A program made the position numbers and the translations under genes. Source: Deltaproteobacteria bacterium (GTDB taxonomy: Bacteria; Myxococcota; JACRCW01). Taken from it: a DNA stretch of 38,999 nucleotides. The stretch lies in the NCBI GenBank assembly GCA_016218805.1, contig JACRCW010000009.1, positions 1 to 38,999 of the forward strand, in the 5' to 3' direction. The notes beneath the pieces are model-generated. The model worked only from the letters and a program-made list of their open reading frames with translations. It was not told the DNA's origin and did not search any database. Below, piece after piece: positions 9,065 to 18,589 of this stretch; positions within the stretch are counted from its first letter, which is position 1, and the number at the start of each line of letters is the position of its first letter.

Positions 9065-9985
9065 GTGACGCTCCTGGTGGTTGGCAGTGTGGCCTTTGAC
9101 AGTGTGCAGACGCCCTTTGGCAAGAAGGAGCGCGTGCTGGGGGGCAGCGCCAACTTCTTCTCCATGTCCGCCAGCCTGCTCACGCGCGTGCAGCTGGTGG
9201 GGGTCATTGGGGAGGACTTCCCGGAGGACCACGTGGGGTACCTGCAGCAGCGCGGCGTGGATACCGCCGGGCTCACGCGCGTACCGGGCCGCACCTTCCA
9301 CTGGCGCGGCCGCTACGAATACGACCTCAACGAAGCGCACACCCTGGAGACGCAGCTCAACGTGTTTGCGGACTTCCGGCCCAACCTGCCGGAGGCGTTC
9401 CGGCGCCCTGACCATCTGTTCCTGGCCAACATTGACCCGGAGCTGCAGGCGCTGGTGCTGGAGCAGGTGACGCGCCCCAAGCTGGTGGCCCTGGACACCA
9501 TGAACTACTGGATCTCCGGCAAGCGCCAGGCGCTGCTCAAGGTGCTCCGGGACGTGGACGTGCTGTTTGTCAATGACGCGGAAGCGCGCCAGCTCTCCGG
9601 CGAGCACAACGTGGTCAAGGCGGGTGCGGCCATCCGGAAGATGGGACCGCGCACCGTCATCATCAAGCGCGGCGAATACGGCGCCCTCATGCTGGAGCAC
9701 GGCACGGCGTTCTACGTCCCCGCCTACCCGCTGGAGGACGTCTTTGACCCCACGGGTGCGGGGGACACGTTTGCCGGCGGCGTCATGGGCGCGCTGGACC
9801 GGTGGGGCGGCTTCAACACGCAGACCGCGCGGCAGGCCATGGTGGTAGGCGGAGTATTGGCCAGTTTTGTGGTGGAGGACTTCAGCTTTGACCGGCTGCG
9901 CACCACGTCCCTGGAGGACGTGCAGCGGCGTTACGCGGACCTGCGGCAGTTCACGGACTTCAAGGACCTGCCCACCGCGGACTGA
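9065..9985 (+). CDS. PfkB/ribokinase-family carbohydrate or nucleoside kinase
   Basis: VGSVAFD, LGGSA, VNDAEA and the PfkB signature DPTGAGDTFAGG. Confidence 0.9.
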   Translation: MTLLVVGSVAFDSVQTPFGKKERVLGGSANFFSMSASLLTRVQLVGVIGEDFPEDHVGYLQQRGVDTAGLTRVPGRTFHWRGRYEYDLNEAHTLETQLNVFADFRPNLPEAFRRPDHLFLANIDPELQALVLEQVTRPKLVALDTMNYWISGKRQALLKVLRDVDVLFVNDAEARQLSGEHNVVKAGAAIRKMGPRTVIIKRGEYGALMLEHGTAFYVPAYPLEDVFDPTGAGDTFAGGVMGALDRWGGFNTQTARQAMVVGGVLASFVVEDFSFDRLRTTSLEDVQRRYADLRQFTDFKDLPTAD

Positions 9986-9992
9986 GCGCGGG

Positions 9993-11354
9993 TCACTCGT
10001 GCACCAGCACCACCGGGCGGCGGGTGAGTGACAGCACCTTCAGCGCCGCGCTCCCCGTCACCATTTCCGCCACCACCTCCTTGCCGTGGCGTCCCAGCAC
10101 CAGCATGTCCGCGCCGGTGCGCTCCACCGCCTGCGCAATGGCCTCCGCCGGTGACGGCGCCGCCACAACGACCACGCGGACGGGCACGCTGGCAAACTCC
10201 AGCGGCACCAGCGCGCGCAGCCGGCTCTCCGCGCGCCCGTGGTCGGGCTCGGCGGGGCGGTCCGGCGGGCGCTGCTGGTCCCACACGGGCGCTTCACGGC
10301 CGTGCATCACGTGGACCAGGGTCACCACACCGCCGCGCGCGCGCGCCAGTGACAGGGCGGTGAGCACGGCGCGGTTGCCCAGCGGGCTGAAGTCCGTGCC
10401 GGCGGCAAAGTGCCGGTAATCCGGCACCCGCACGTCCGCCACGTGCGTCTCCAGCTTGCGCGGGATGCACAGCACGCAGCCCTTGTGCGCGTGCAGCAGC
10501 GCGCGCGCGTTGGACCCCTGCACAAGCCGCGCAAGCGGCCCGCGCGCGTCGGTGCCGGTCACCACCAGGTCAGCGGCCACTTCATGCGCCACGTCCAGGA
10601 TGCGCTCCGCGGGCCGCCCCAGCCCGGGGACAATCCGCACGCGCACCTTGTGCGCGCCGGGCAGCGCCCCCACGCGGCGTTCCATCTCCGCGCGCAGGAT
10701 GGCCTGGATGTCCGGGTCGGCCTCGTACATGTCCGCCGGGCCATGCAGGCCCAGGCGCTGCGCCTCGCCGGGGGGCCAGTAGGTGTGCACCACCACCAGG
10801 TCCATGGCCACCTGCGGCGCCAGCGCGCGCAGGAACGCCAGGGTGACCTCCGAGGCCCGCCCAAAGTCCACGCCCGCCACCACGCGCAGCGGGCGCGCGG
10901 AGCCCAGCGCCGCGGCCAGTGGTCCGCCGTCAGGCCCCACCACAAGCAGCGGCTTGGAGATCAGGGAGGACAACCGGTCCGCCACACTCCCCAGCGCCAG
11001 CCGCTCCGCCATGCCGCGCCCATGCGAGGCCAGCACGCACAAACGGACATCCTCGGCGGTGGCCGCTTCCGCGAGCGCGCGGGCGGCCTGTCCCTCCATC
11101 ACGCGGGTGTCCACACGGACGCCGCCGCTGGCCAGGGCGGCGGCCGCGCTCCCCAGCGCCTTGCGCACCGCTTCGCGCTGCGCCTGCGCAAACTGCTCCC
11201 AGCCCATCATCCCTTCCACCGGGCCGGCGGGAACCGGCACATCCAGCACGTGCACCAGCTCCAGGCTGTCCCCCAGGCGCGCCGCCAGCGCCGCCGCCAC
11301 GTGCGTGGCTGCCACGGAGTGCTCCGAGAAATCCGTTCCGCACAGGATCCTCAT
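9993..11354 (-). CDS. Universal stress protein with three USP domains
   Basis: Three domain starts (ILCGTDFS, VVAGVDFG, FAAGTDFS), each ending with a GS motif and a P/C-V/L-L-V-like strand. Confidence 0.88.
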   Translation of the reverse strand: MRILCGTDFSEHSVAATHVAAALAARLGDSLELVHVLDVPVPAGPVEGMMGWEQFAQAQREAVRKALGSAAAALASGGVRVDTRVMEGQAARALAEAATAEDVRLCVLASHGRGMAERLALGSVADRLSSLISKPLLVVGPDGGPLAAALGSARPLRVVAGVDFGRASEVTLAFLRALAPQVAMDLVVVHTYWPPGEAQRLGLHGPADMYEADPDIQAILRAEMERRVGALPGAHKVRVRIVPGLGRPAERILDVAHEVAADLVVTGTDARGPLARLVQGSNARALLHAHKGCVLCIPRKLETHVADVRVPDYRHFAAGTDFSPLGNRAVLTALSLARARGGVVTLVHVMHGREAPVWDQQRPPDRPAEPDHGRAESRLRALVPLEFASVPVRVVVVAAPSPAEAIAQAVERTGADMLVLGRHGKEVVAEMVTGSAALKVLSLTRRPVVLVHE

Positions 11355-11483
11355 GGCCCACCTCCTCCGGGTCCGCCCGGGCCCGTCACCACCCAGCCGT
11401 TCACCCACCGGGCCAAGCAAGGCCCCGCGGATGCCGCGCGCAAGCCGCCCGTTTTCGCGCCGGGATTTCTGGGCGGCGCCCGC

Positions 11484-11783
11484 TCAGCGCGCCCGGGTTG
11501 CCTGCGCGTCCTGCCGGGCCCGCTCCAGCCACTGCACCTTTTTCGCGTCCGGGGCGTCCTCAAACTCCTTGAGGTGCATGGGGCACATGAACCCAATGAC
11601 CTGACCGCGAAAGGTGGAGCGGAAGGTGGGGTTGTGCGGGTCTCCGGCCACGGGCTCGCCGCTGACCGGGCAGGTGCGGTTGCCCACCAGGGCGGCCGGC
11701 CCGGCGTCAGCCTCCGGCGGCGCCCCCGCCGGGCGGTCACAGGCGGCCAGCGCCAGCAGCAACACCATCAGCACGCGCACCAC
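11484..11783 (-). CDS. Small YHS-like metal-binding lipoprotein
   Basis: Lipobox LAAC; NRTCPVSGEPV...FRGQVIGFMCPMHLKEF fits the YHS/TRASH pattern; GGAG SD. Confidence 0.75.
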   Translation of the reverse strand: MVRVLMVLLLALAACDRPAGAPPEADAGPAALVGNRTCPVSGEPVAGDPHNPTFRSTFRGQVIGFMCPMHLKEFEDAPDAKKVQWLERARQDAQATRAR

Positions 11784-11793
11784 GGGGACTCCT

Positions 11794-12552
11794 TCAGAAG
11801 AACATCAGGGTGAAGCCGCGGCCCCACCACGTCCAACTCCACGACGCGTGTGGGATCCACCCCAGCGCCGCGGCGGAGACCAGCAACATCCACGCCCCGC
11901 TCACCGGCAGCAGCCAGCGCTGCAGCGCGGTGACCGCGCGCGGCCCCAACAGCCGCGGAAGAGCGGACACCCCCGCCAGCGGCACCGTCGTCATGACCGC
12001 CAGCAGCGCCATGAGCGCCGCGCCGTGCAGCACGTCCGCCGTGGACGCGGCCAGCAGCAGCACCCAGCCCACCACCATGCACGGCAGGAACGCCAGCACG
12101 GCCCCCAGCGCCAGCGACCGCACGACCCCGCGCCCCTGCAACACACCCATGGCCCGCGCCATCACCGCGGACAGCGCCGCCGCCGCGCCGCGCCCGCCGC
12201 CCGGCTGGACCAGCGCGGCCACCGTCCCGCGCCCGGCCCGCTGGCGCCAGGCCAGCACCAGGAACACCACGCCCATCACCGCGCCCAGCCACGGGGTCAC
12301 CACGGGTACCCACGCCGCCACGGTGTGGCCCAGCAGCCCCGCCAGCGCGCCCAGCACCGCGTACACGGCGCCCTTCCCCAGCTGATAGGCCCCCACGTGC
12401 CACAGCGCGCTCCACCGCGCGCCGGGCGCCTGCGCGCCTCCCAGGTCCAGCCCTACGACCAGCGGGCCGCACATGCCCACGCAATGGAACGTGATCCACA
12501 GGACCCCTACGCTCATCAGTTGCGCGTACGCGGCAGACACCTGGGCAGACAC
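11794..12552 (-). CDS. DsbD_2 / TauE-SafE-like membrane protein (cbb3 maturation-associated)
   Basis: HCVGMCGP, YQLGK and FLPCMVV motifs; multiple TM helices; GTG 12552 follows GGAGG (alternative ATG 12570). Confidence 0.85.
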   Translation of the reverse strand: MSAQVSAAYAQLMSVGVLWITFHCVGMCGPLVVGLDLGGAQAPGARWSALWHVGAYQLGKGAVYAVLGALAGLLGHTVAAWVPVVTPWLGAVMGVVFLVLAWRQRAGRGTVAALVQPGGGRGAAAALSAVMARAMGVLQGRGVVRSLALGAVLAFLPCMVVGWVLLLAASTADVLHGAALMALLAVMTTVPLAGVSALPRLLGPRAVTALQRWLLPVSGAWMLLVSAAALGWIPHASWSWTWWGRGFTLMFF

Positions 12553-12772
12553 GCGCCCCTCCTCCAACATCCCAAGGGTTCGCGCAAGCCACTTGCACCA
12601 TGACCCAAACATCATGCGTCAAGACGCCACACCCCCGCGCAGGACGTGATCGGAGATCGAAAATCCTCCGCGCCGCAGACCCTTTCGTGCATCCATTTCG
12701 CATTTCTGCGCCTGAAGTCGCGTGTTGCCGGGGCCCCGAGGCGGCACGCCGCGTGCTGTGGTCCGGCCGCCC

Positions 12773-15193
12773 ATGGCCGCGGCTTGCATCCATTGCCGGA
12801 GTCCCATTGAGGACGTCTCCGCTCCTCAGGGGTACTGCTGCGTGGGGTGCGCCACGGTGGCGGCGCTGCTCAAGACGCAGGGGCTCACGCGGTATTACGC
12901 GCTGCAGAACGCGGAGACCGGCCCGGTGTCCCTGCCGGCGCGCGCCGCGGACCTGGCGTGGCTGGAGAGTCCGCTGCGTGCTGCGCAGGAGCATGCGGCG
13001 AGCGGGCTGTGCCGGCTGGACGTGGACGTGCAGGGCATCCGCTGCAGCGCGTGCGTGTGGCTGCTGCGCGAAGTGTTCCGCCGCCAGCCCGGCGCAGTGG
13101 ACGCCATGGTGAACCCCGCGGTGGGGCGCGTGACGCTGACCTTCCGCGCGGACGCGGACGTGGCGGGATGGGTCCGCACGCTGGAGTCGCTGGGTTACCG
13201 CGCGGGGCCGCCGCAGAAGTCCGAGGGCGGGGACTCAGACCGGGTGCTCACGCGGCTGGGCATCTGCGTGGCGCTGACCATGAACAGCATGATGTTCACG
13301 GTGGCGCACTACGCGGGCATGACGCCCGCAGACGGGGACGCCTTCCCGCTGATGCGCTGGCTGAACCTGCTGCTGTCCGCCGCGGTGCTGTGGATAGGCG
13401 GGCGCGAGTTCTTCACGCGCACGTACGCCGCGCTGCGCCGCCGCGTGGTGCCGTTTGACCTGCCCATTGCCATGGGTTTGACGCTGGCGTTCCTGGGCAG
13501 CGTGGTGGTCTTTGTGCGGCAGCCGGCGTCCTTCAGCTACTTTGACACCGTCAACACCTTCACCACGCTGATGCTGGTGGGCCGCTGGCTGCAGGAGCGC
13601 CTGTTGGAGCGCAACCGCCGCCAGCTGCTGGCCCATGACGGGCTGGACGGGCTGTTTGCACGCCGGGTGGTGGGCGAGCGCGTGGAGACGGTGCGCGCGC
13701 ACGCGGTGCGGTCCGGGGACCTGGTGCTGCTGCCGCCGGGCGGGCTGCTGGTGGTGGACGGGACGCTGCAGGACGCGGCGGGCGCGCTGCTGTCCCTGGA
13801 CTGGATCAACGGTGAGAGCGCGCCGCGCGCGTTTGCCGCGGGGGACCGGCTGCCCGCCGGATCCTTCAACGCCACCGACCGTGCGCTGCGCGTGGTGGCC
13901 ACGTGCGACTTCGGCGATTCGTCATTGGGCGCGCTGCTGTCCCGTGGCGACACGCCGGACGCTGCGCCCGAGGACGATCCACTGCTGCTGCGCCGGCTGA
14001 CCGCACTGTACGTGCCGTTTGTGCTGCTGTCCGCGGCCGCCACGTTCCTGGCCTGGGCCTGGCGTGACCTGGACACCGCGCTGGCGGCGACGACGGCGGT
14101 GCTGGTGGTGACCTGCCCGTGCGCGCTGGGGCTGGCCATCCCGCTGGGCTACCAGCGCGTGAACGCGGCGCTGCGCGTGGCGGGCCTGTTTGTGCGGCGC
14201 GGCGGCTTCCTGGACCGCGCGGTGGATGTGCGGCGCGTGGTGTTTGACAAGACGGGCACCCTCACGCTGGGGCAGCTGGCACTCACGGACCCGGACGCAC
14301 TGCGGGCGCTCCCCGCGGACGTGGTGCGCGCGGTCTACAACCTGGCGGCGCGTTCCACGCATCCGCGCTCCCGCGCCATCCACGCTGCGGTGCCGCCGGA
14401 GCACCAGGTGTTTGACAGCACGCTTGTGGTCACGGAGCACCCCGGGTGCGGGCTGTCCACGCGCCTGCCCGGCGGCGAGGAATTGCGCCTGGGGAGCGCG
14501 TCCTTTGCCGGGCTGCCCTTGGATGCGGACGCGGCACATGACGTGTGGGTGGCGCGCGGGGGCACGGTGCTGGCGCGCCTGGGCGTGCGGGAGCAGCTGC
14601 GGTTTGACGCGCGGGCGGTGCTGTCCCAGCTGCGCGCGGCCGGGTACGGCGTGAGCATTCTCAGCGGGGACGCGCCGGACCGCGTGGCCCGCGCCGCGCG
14701 CGAGCTGGGCCTGCCGGAAGCGGACGCGGTGGGCGGACTGAGTCCCTCCGGCAAGGCGGACTGGCTGCGCGCGCACGGCGGCAACACGGATGCGCTGCTC
14801 ATTGGTGACGGCGTGAATGACCAGCCGGGCTTTGGCGCGGCCCTGTGCAGCGGCACGCCCGCCGTGGAGCACCCCACGCTGAGCGCGCGCGCGGACTTCT
14901 ATTTCCTGACGTCCGGCATTGGCGTGGTGCACCACGCACTGGACACGGCGCGCGCGTTGCGGCGTACGGTGCGGCGCATCCGGGCGGTGGCCCTCACGTA
15001 CAACCTGCTGAGCGTGGCGGCGTGCCTGGCCGGGTGGGTGACGCCGCTGGTGGCGGCCGTGGCCATGCCGGCCAGCTCCGTGCTCATCCTGCTGTACACC
15101 ATGCGGGCCACGCGGCTGGTGCGCCGCAGCGGCCCGGTTTCCCCTGACGTGCGGGCGGTGGCGCCGGTGCACGCCGCGGAGGGCACCGCATGA
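12773..15193 (+). CDS. ccoI: P1B-type copper ATPase CcoI/FixI
   Basis: N-terminal CIHC...CCVGC, HMA GIRCSAC, TM CPC, DKTGT, GDGVND, YN and MPASS; first gene of the cco cluster. Confidence 0.9.
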   Translation: MAAACIHCRSPIEDVSAPQGYCCVGCATVAALLKTQGLTRYYALQNAETGPVSLPARAADLAWLESPLRAAQEHAASGLCRLDVDVQGIRCSACVWLLREVFRRQPGAVDAMVNPAVGRVTLTFRADADVAGWVRTLESLGYRAGPPQKSEGGDSDRVLTRLGICVALTMNSMMFTVAHYAGMTPADGDAFPLMRWLNLLLSAAVLWIGGREFFTRTYAALRRRVVPFDLPIAMGLTLAFLGSVVVFVRQPASFSYFDTVNTFTTLMLVGRWLQERLLERNRRQLLAHDGLDGLFARRVVGERVETVRAHAVRSGDLVLLPPGGLLVVDGTLQDAAGALLSLDWINGESAPRAFAAGDRLPAGSFNATDRALRVVATCDFGDSSLGALLSRGDTPDAAPEDDPLLLRRLTALYVPFVLLSAAATFLAWAWRDLDTALAATTAVLVVTCPCALGLAIPLGYQRVNAALRVAGLFVRRGGFLDRAVDVRRVVFDKTGTLTLGQLALTDPDALRALPADVVRAVYNLAARSTHPRSRAIHAAVPPEHQVFDSTLVVTEHPGCGLSTRLPGGEELRLGSASFAGLPLDADAAHDVWVARGGTVLARLGVREQLRFDARAVLSQLRAAGYGVSILSGDAPDRVARAARELGLPEADAVGGLSPSGKADWLRAHGGNTDALLIGDGVNDQPGFGAALCSGTPAVEHPTLSARADFYFLTSGIGVVHHALDTARALRRTVRRIRAVALTYNLLSVAACLAGWVTPLVAAVAMPASSVLILLYTMRATRLVRRSGPVSPDVRAVAPVHAAEGTA

Positions 15194-15360
15194 ACGTCGT
15201 CCCCCTGCTGGTGTTCTGCAGCCTGATGCTGGTGGTCGGCTCGCTCGTGCTGTTTGTGCACGGGATGCGGCGCAAGGACCACCACCACGCGGACCGCCTT
15301 GCATTGCTGCCCATTGAAAACGACGAACGACCCACTCCCGCCACGCGAGCGAAAGGCTGA
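15190..15360 (+). CDS. ccoS: cbb3 oxidase maturation protein CcoS/FixS (56 aa; not in the ORF track)
   Basis: MNVVPLLVFCSLMLVVGSLVLFVHGMRRKDHHHADRLALLPIEND...; ATGA overlap with ccoI; single TM helix; lies between ccoI and ccoN. Confidence 0.8.
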   Translation: MNVVPLLVFCSLMLVVGSLVLFVHGMRRKDHHHADRLALLPIENDERPTPATRAKG

Positions 15361-15366
15361 AGCACC

Positions 15367-17682
15367 ATGAACACACAAAGCGTCACCATCACGTACGACG
15401 ATGACATCGTCCGCAAGTTCGTCAGCGCCACCATCCTCTGGGGCGTGGTTGGCATGCTGGTGGGTGTCATCATTGCCAGTGAACTGGCGTGGCCGGAGCT
15501 GGGCCTGGGCGTCTCCTGGCTTGGCTTTGGGCGGCTGCGGCCGCTGCACACCAACGCGGTCATCTTTGCGTTTGTGGGCAACATGATGTTTGCGGGCGTC
15601 TATTACTCCACGCAGCGCCTGACCAAGACGGTCATGCCGTTCCGCGCGCTCAGCCTGTTCCACTTCTGGGGCTGGCAGGCCATCATTGTGTCCGCGGCGC
15701 TCACGCTTCCTTTCGGCATCACGCAGAGCAAGGAGTACGCGGAGCTGGAGTGGCCCATTGATATTGCCGTGACGCTGGTGTGGGTGGCGTTTGCCATCAA
15801 CTTCTTTGGCGCACTGTACAAGCGCAATGAGAAGAACCTGTACGTGGCGCTGTGGTTCTACATCTCCACGGTGCTGACCATTGCGGTGCTGTACATTGTC
15901 AACAACCTGTCCATCCCGGTGAGCGCCACCAAGAGCTACGTCATCTGGGCCGGCGTGCAGGATGCGCTGGTGCAGTGGTGGTACGGCCACAACGCGGTGG
16001 CGTTCTTCCTGACCACGCCCATCCTTGGCATCATGTACTACTTCCTCCCCAAGGCCGCGGACCGGCCGGTGTTCAGCTACCGCCTGTCCATTGTGCACTT
16101 CTGGGGCCTGGTGTTCCTGTACATCTGGGCCGGACCGCACCACCTGCTGTACACGGCGCTGCCGGACTGGGCGCAGTCACTGGGGATGATTTTCAGCCTG
16201 ATGCTGTGGGCGCCGTCCTGGGGCGGCATGCTCAACGGCCTGCTGACGCTGAAGGGCCACTGGGACCGGCTGCGGCAGGACCCGATTATCAAGTTCTACG
16301 CGGCGGCGGTGACCTTCTACGGCATGAGCACGTTTGAGGGCCCGCTGATGAGCATCAAGAGCGTCAACGGCCTGGCGCACTACACGGACTGGGTGGTGGG
16401 CCACGCGCACGGCGGCGCGCTGGGTTGGAACGGCTTCATGGCGGCGGGCATGCTGTACTGGATTGTTCCCAAGCTGTGGAACAAGCCGCTGCACAGCGTG
16501 TCCCTGGCCAACACGCATTTCTGGGTGGGGACGCTGGGCATCCTGCTCTACATCGTCTCCATGTGGGTCTCCGGCATCACGCAGGGGCTCATGTGGAAGG
16601 CGCTCACGCCGGACGGCGCGTTGGTCTACCCCAACTTTGTGGAGACGCTCGTCGCCATCCGCCCCATGTACATCACGCGCATGATTGGCGGGCTGCTGTA
16701 CCTCACCGGCTTCTGCATCATGGTCTACAACCTGCTGCTGACCATCAAGGGCGGCCAGGCCGTCAACGGTACCATTGACGTGGTCACCGAACAGGCGCCG
16801 GACACCGTCCCCGCCACGCGCATCCTGCTGGGCCGGCCCATGATCATCTCCGTGGTGGGCGTGGGGCTCATCCTGGCCATGGCGTGGACGCAGTTTGTGC
16901 CCAACATGATCATCTCCGCGGCGCTCATTGCCCTGGTGGTGTACGTGGCGGCCTCCACGCGGTTTGATGACTCGGACGAACACAGCTGGCACCACATCCT
17001 GGAAGGCAAGTCCCTCATCTTCTCCGCGCTGGTGCTGGTGGGCGTGCTCATTGGCGGTGCCGCGGAGATCATCCCCACGGTGGTCACCAACCGCGCGCTG
17101 CCGGAGGCGCAGAAGAAGCTGGCCACGGTGTACCGCCCACTGGAGCTGCACGGCCGGGACATCTACGTGCGGGAGGGCTGTTACAACTGCCACAGCCAGA
17201 TGATCCGCCCCATGCCCAATGAGGCGCTGCGCTACGGCGAGCCGTCGACGATCGCCGACAGCTACTACGACCACCCGTTCCAGTGGGGCAGCAAGCGCAC
17301 CGGGCCGGACCTGGCGCGCGTGGGCGGCAAGTACCCCAACCAGTGGCATTACGAGCACTTCATGAACCCGCGCACCATCAGCGCCGGCAGCAACATGCCG
17401 GAGTACGCCTTCCTCAAGGAGAGCCGCATTGACCGCAATGACACCACGGTGAAGCTGCACGCCATGCAGACGCTGGGCGTGCCCTACACGGCGCAGGACG
17501 TGGGCGGGGCGGCCGCGGAGCTGGAGCAGCAGGCGCGCGCGGTGGCGGATGACCTGGGGCGCAACGGCGTGAAGGTGGAATGGGACAGCGAGCTGGTGGC
17601 GCTGATTGCCTACGTGCAGCGGCTGGGCGCCCACCCCGCGGCGCCAGCCGGCGCGCGCGTGTCCCTGCGGACCGGGGAGTGA
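15367..17682 (+). CDS. ccoN: cbb3-type cytochrome c oxidase fused subunits I/II (CcoNO)
   Basis: CcoN: RLRPLHTNAVIFAF, QWWYGHNAV, WAGPHHLLY, GHAHGGALGW. CcoO: GRDIYVREGCYNCHSQMIRP, WGSKRTGPDLAR. Confidence 0.96.
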   Translation: MNTQSVTITYDDDIVRKFVSATILWGVVGMLVGVIIASELAWPELGLGVSWLGFGRLRPLHTNAVIFAFVGNMMFAGVYYSTQRLTKTVMPFRALSLFHFWGWQAIIVSAALTLPFGITQSKEYAELEWPIDIAVTLVWVAFAINFFGALYKRNEKNLYVALWFYISTVLTIAVLYIVNNLSIPVSATKSYVIWAGVQDALVQWWYGHNAVAFFLTTPILGIMYYFLPKAADRPVFSYRLSIVHFWGLVFLYIWAGPHHLLYTALPDWAQSLGMIFSLMLWAPSWGGMLNGLLTLKGHWDRLRQDPIIKFYAAAVTFYGMSTFEGPLMSIKSVNGLAHYTDWVVGHAHGGALGWNGFMAAGMLYWIVPKLWNKPLHSVSLANTHFWVGTLGILLYIVSMWVSGITQGLMWKALTPDGALVYPNFVETLVAIRPMYITRMIGGLLYLTGFCIMVYNLLLTIKGGQAVNGTIDVVTEQAPDTVPATRILLGRPMIISVVGVGLILAMAWTQFVPNMIISAALIALVVYVAASTRFDDSDEHSWHHILEGKSLIFSALVLVGVLIGGAAEIIPTVVTNRALPEAQKKLATVYRPLELHGRDIYVREGCYNCHSQMIRPMPNEALRYGEPSTIADSYYDHPFQWGSKRTGPDLARVGGKYPNQWHYEHFMNPRTISAGSNMPEYAFLKESRIDRNDTTVKLHAMQTLGVPYTAQDVGGAAAELEQQARAVADDLGRNGVKVEWDSELVALIAYVQRLGAHPAAPAGARVSLRTGE

Positions 17683-17685
17683 GCC

Positions 17686-17892
17686 ATGTGGGCCTGGTTC
17701 TACGAAGGACACGACCTGTTGGTTCTCCCGGTGGTGGCAATGATCATCTTCATGGTCATCTTCACGGCCGCCGTGGTGCGCGCGTTGCGGCGCGGGCCCC
17801 ACGGTCTGGACGTGGAACACCTCTCCATGCTTCCCCTCAATGACCAGAGCGGCACCGTGGCGGCCACGGGCGGCCAGCGCTCCGGAGGATGA
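17686..17892 (+). CDS. ccoQ: cbb3 oxidase small subunit CcoQ
   Basis: 68 aa, single TM helix, 'SMLPLND' motif; lies between ccoO and ccoP; GGGGAG SD. Confidence 0.75.
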   Translation: MWAWFYEGHDLLVLPVVAMIIFMVIFTAAVVRALRRGPHGLDVEHLSMLPLNDQSGTVAATGGQRSGG

Positions 17893-17896
17893 CATC

Positions 17897-18580
17897 ATGA
17901 CTGAGCTCAAGAAGGTCCACGTGATCCCGGATGGCATCCTGGAGGAGGACAATCACCTCCCCAACTGGTGGTTGGCCACGTTCTTCGGCGCCATCATCTT
18001 CGCGTTTGGGTACTGGCAGTACTACCACGTGCTGGCGGTGGGTGAGCAGCCCGGCCAGGAATACGCGGCATTCAAGAAGGAGCGGCTGGCCCGGCTGGCG
18101 CGCGAGGCGGCGCTGGCCACGGCAACCGGCGGCATCTCCGCGGAGAAGCTGCTGGCCATGTCCAAGGGCGCGGAGGCCAAGGCAGGCGAGCAGGTCTTCA
18201 TGACGACGTGCATGCCCTGCCACGGCGCGCAGGGCGAAGGAAAGATTGGCCCCAACCTGACGGACAGCGCCTGGATCCACGGCGAGGAGCCCCTGCAGAT
18301 CCGCGAATCCGTGGACAAGGGCTACGCTCTCAAGGGCATGCCGTCATGGGGTCCGGTGCTGGGGCAGGAGAAGCTGAACAGCGTGGTGGCCTTTGTGCTG
18401 ACGCTCAAAGGCAGGAACGTGCCGGGCAAGGCGCCGGAAGGTCCGGGCGGTGCCACCGCGCCGGCGGCCGCTCCCGCTCCGGGTGCCGCCGCGCCGGCGC
18501 CTGACGGGTCGCCCGCCGCGGCGCCCGTTCCCGCTCCCGGTGCCGCCCCGGCACCGGCGCCGGTTGCGCCGCCGCAGTAA
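17897..18580 (+). CDS. ccoP: cbb3 oxidase subunit III CcoP (monohaem, Pro/Ala-rich tail)
   Basis: DGILEEDNHLPNWW, one CMPCH, GPNLTDSAWIHG, GMPSWG; GGAGG SD before ATG 17897. Confidence 0.92.
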   Translation: MTELKKVHVIPDGILEEDNHLPNWWLATFFGAIIFAFGYWQYYHVLAVGEQPGQEYAAFKKERLARLAREAALATATGGISAEKLLAMSKGAEAKAGEQVFMTTCMPCHGAQGEGKIGPNLTDSAWIHGEEPLQIRESVDKGYALKGMPSWGPVLGQEKLNSVVAFVLTLKGRNVPGKAPEGPGGATAPAAAPAPGAAAPAPDGSPAAAPVPAPGAAPAPAPVAPPQ

Positions 18581-18589
18581 GGAAGGTCC

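Noticed and set aside
12553..12772. FNR/CRP box between the divergent cco genes
   Set aside because: Only half-sites or wrong spacing (TGA-N8-TCA at 12601-12614; a lone TTGAC on the minus strand); no TTGAT-N4-ATCAA.
13795..13825. CcoI actuator motif NGES instead of TGES as a sign of inactivation
   Set aside because: The catalytic Glu, DKTGT and CPC are retained; there is not enough evidence without an alignment.
18440..18580. Short GC-rich repeats at the end of ccoP as CRISPR or mobile repeats
   Set aside because: In-frame Pro/Ala low-complexity coding sequence with no spacers or regular period.
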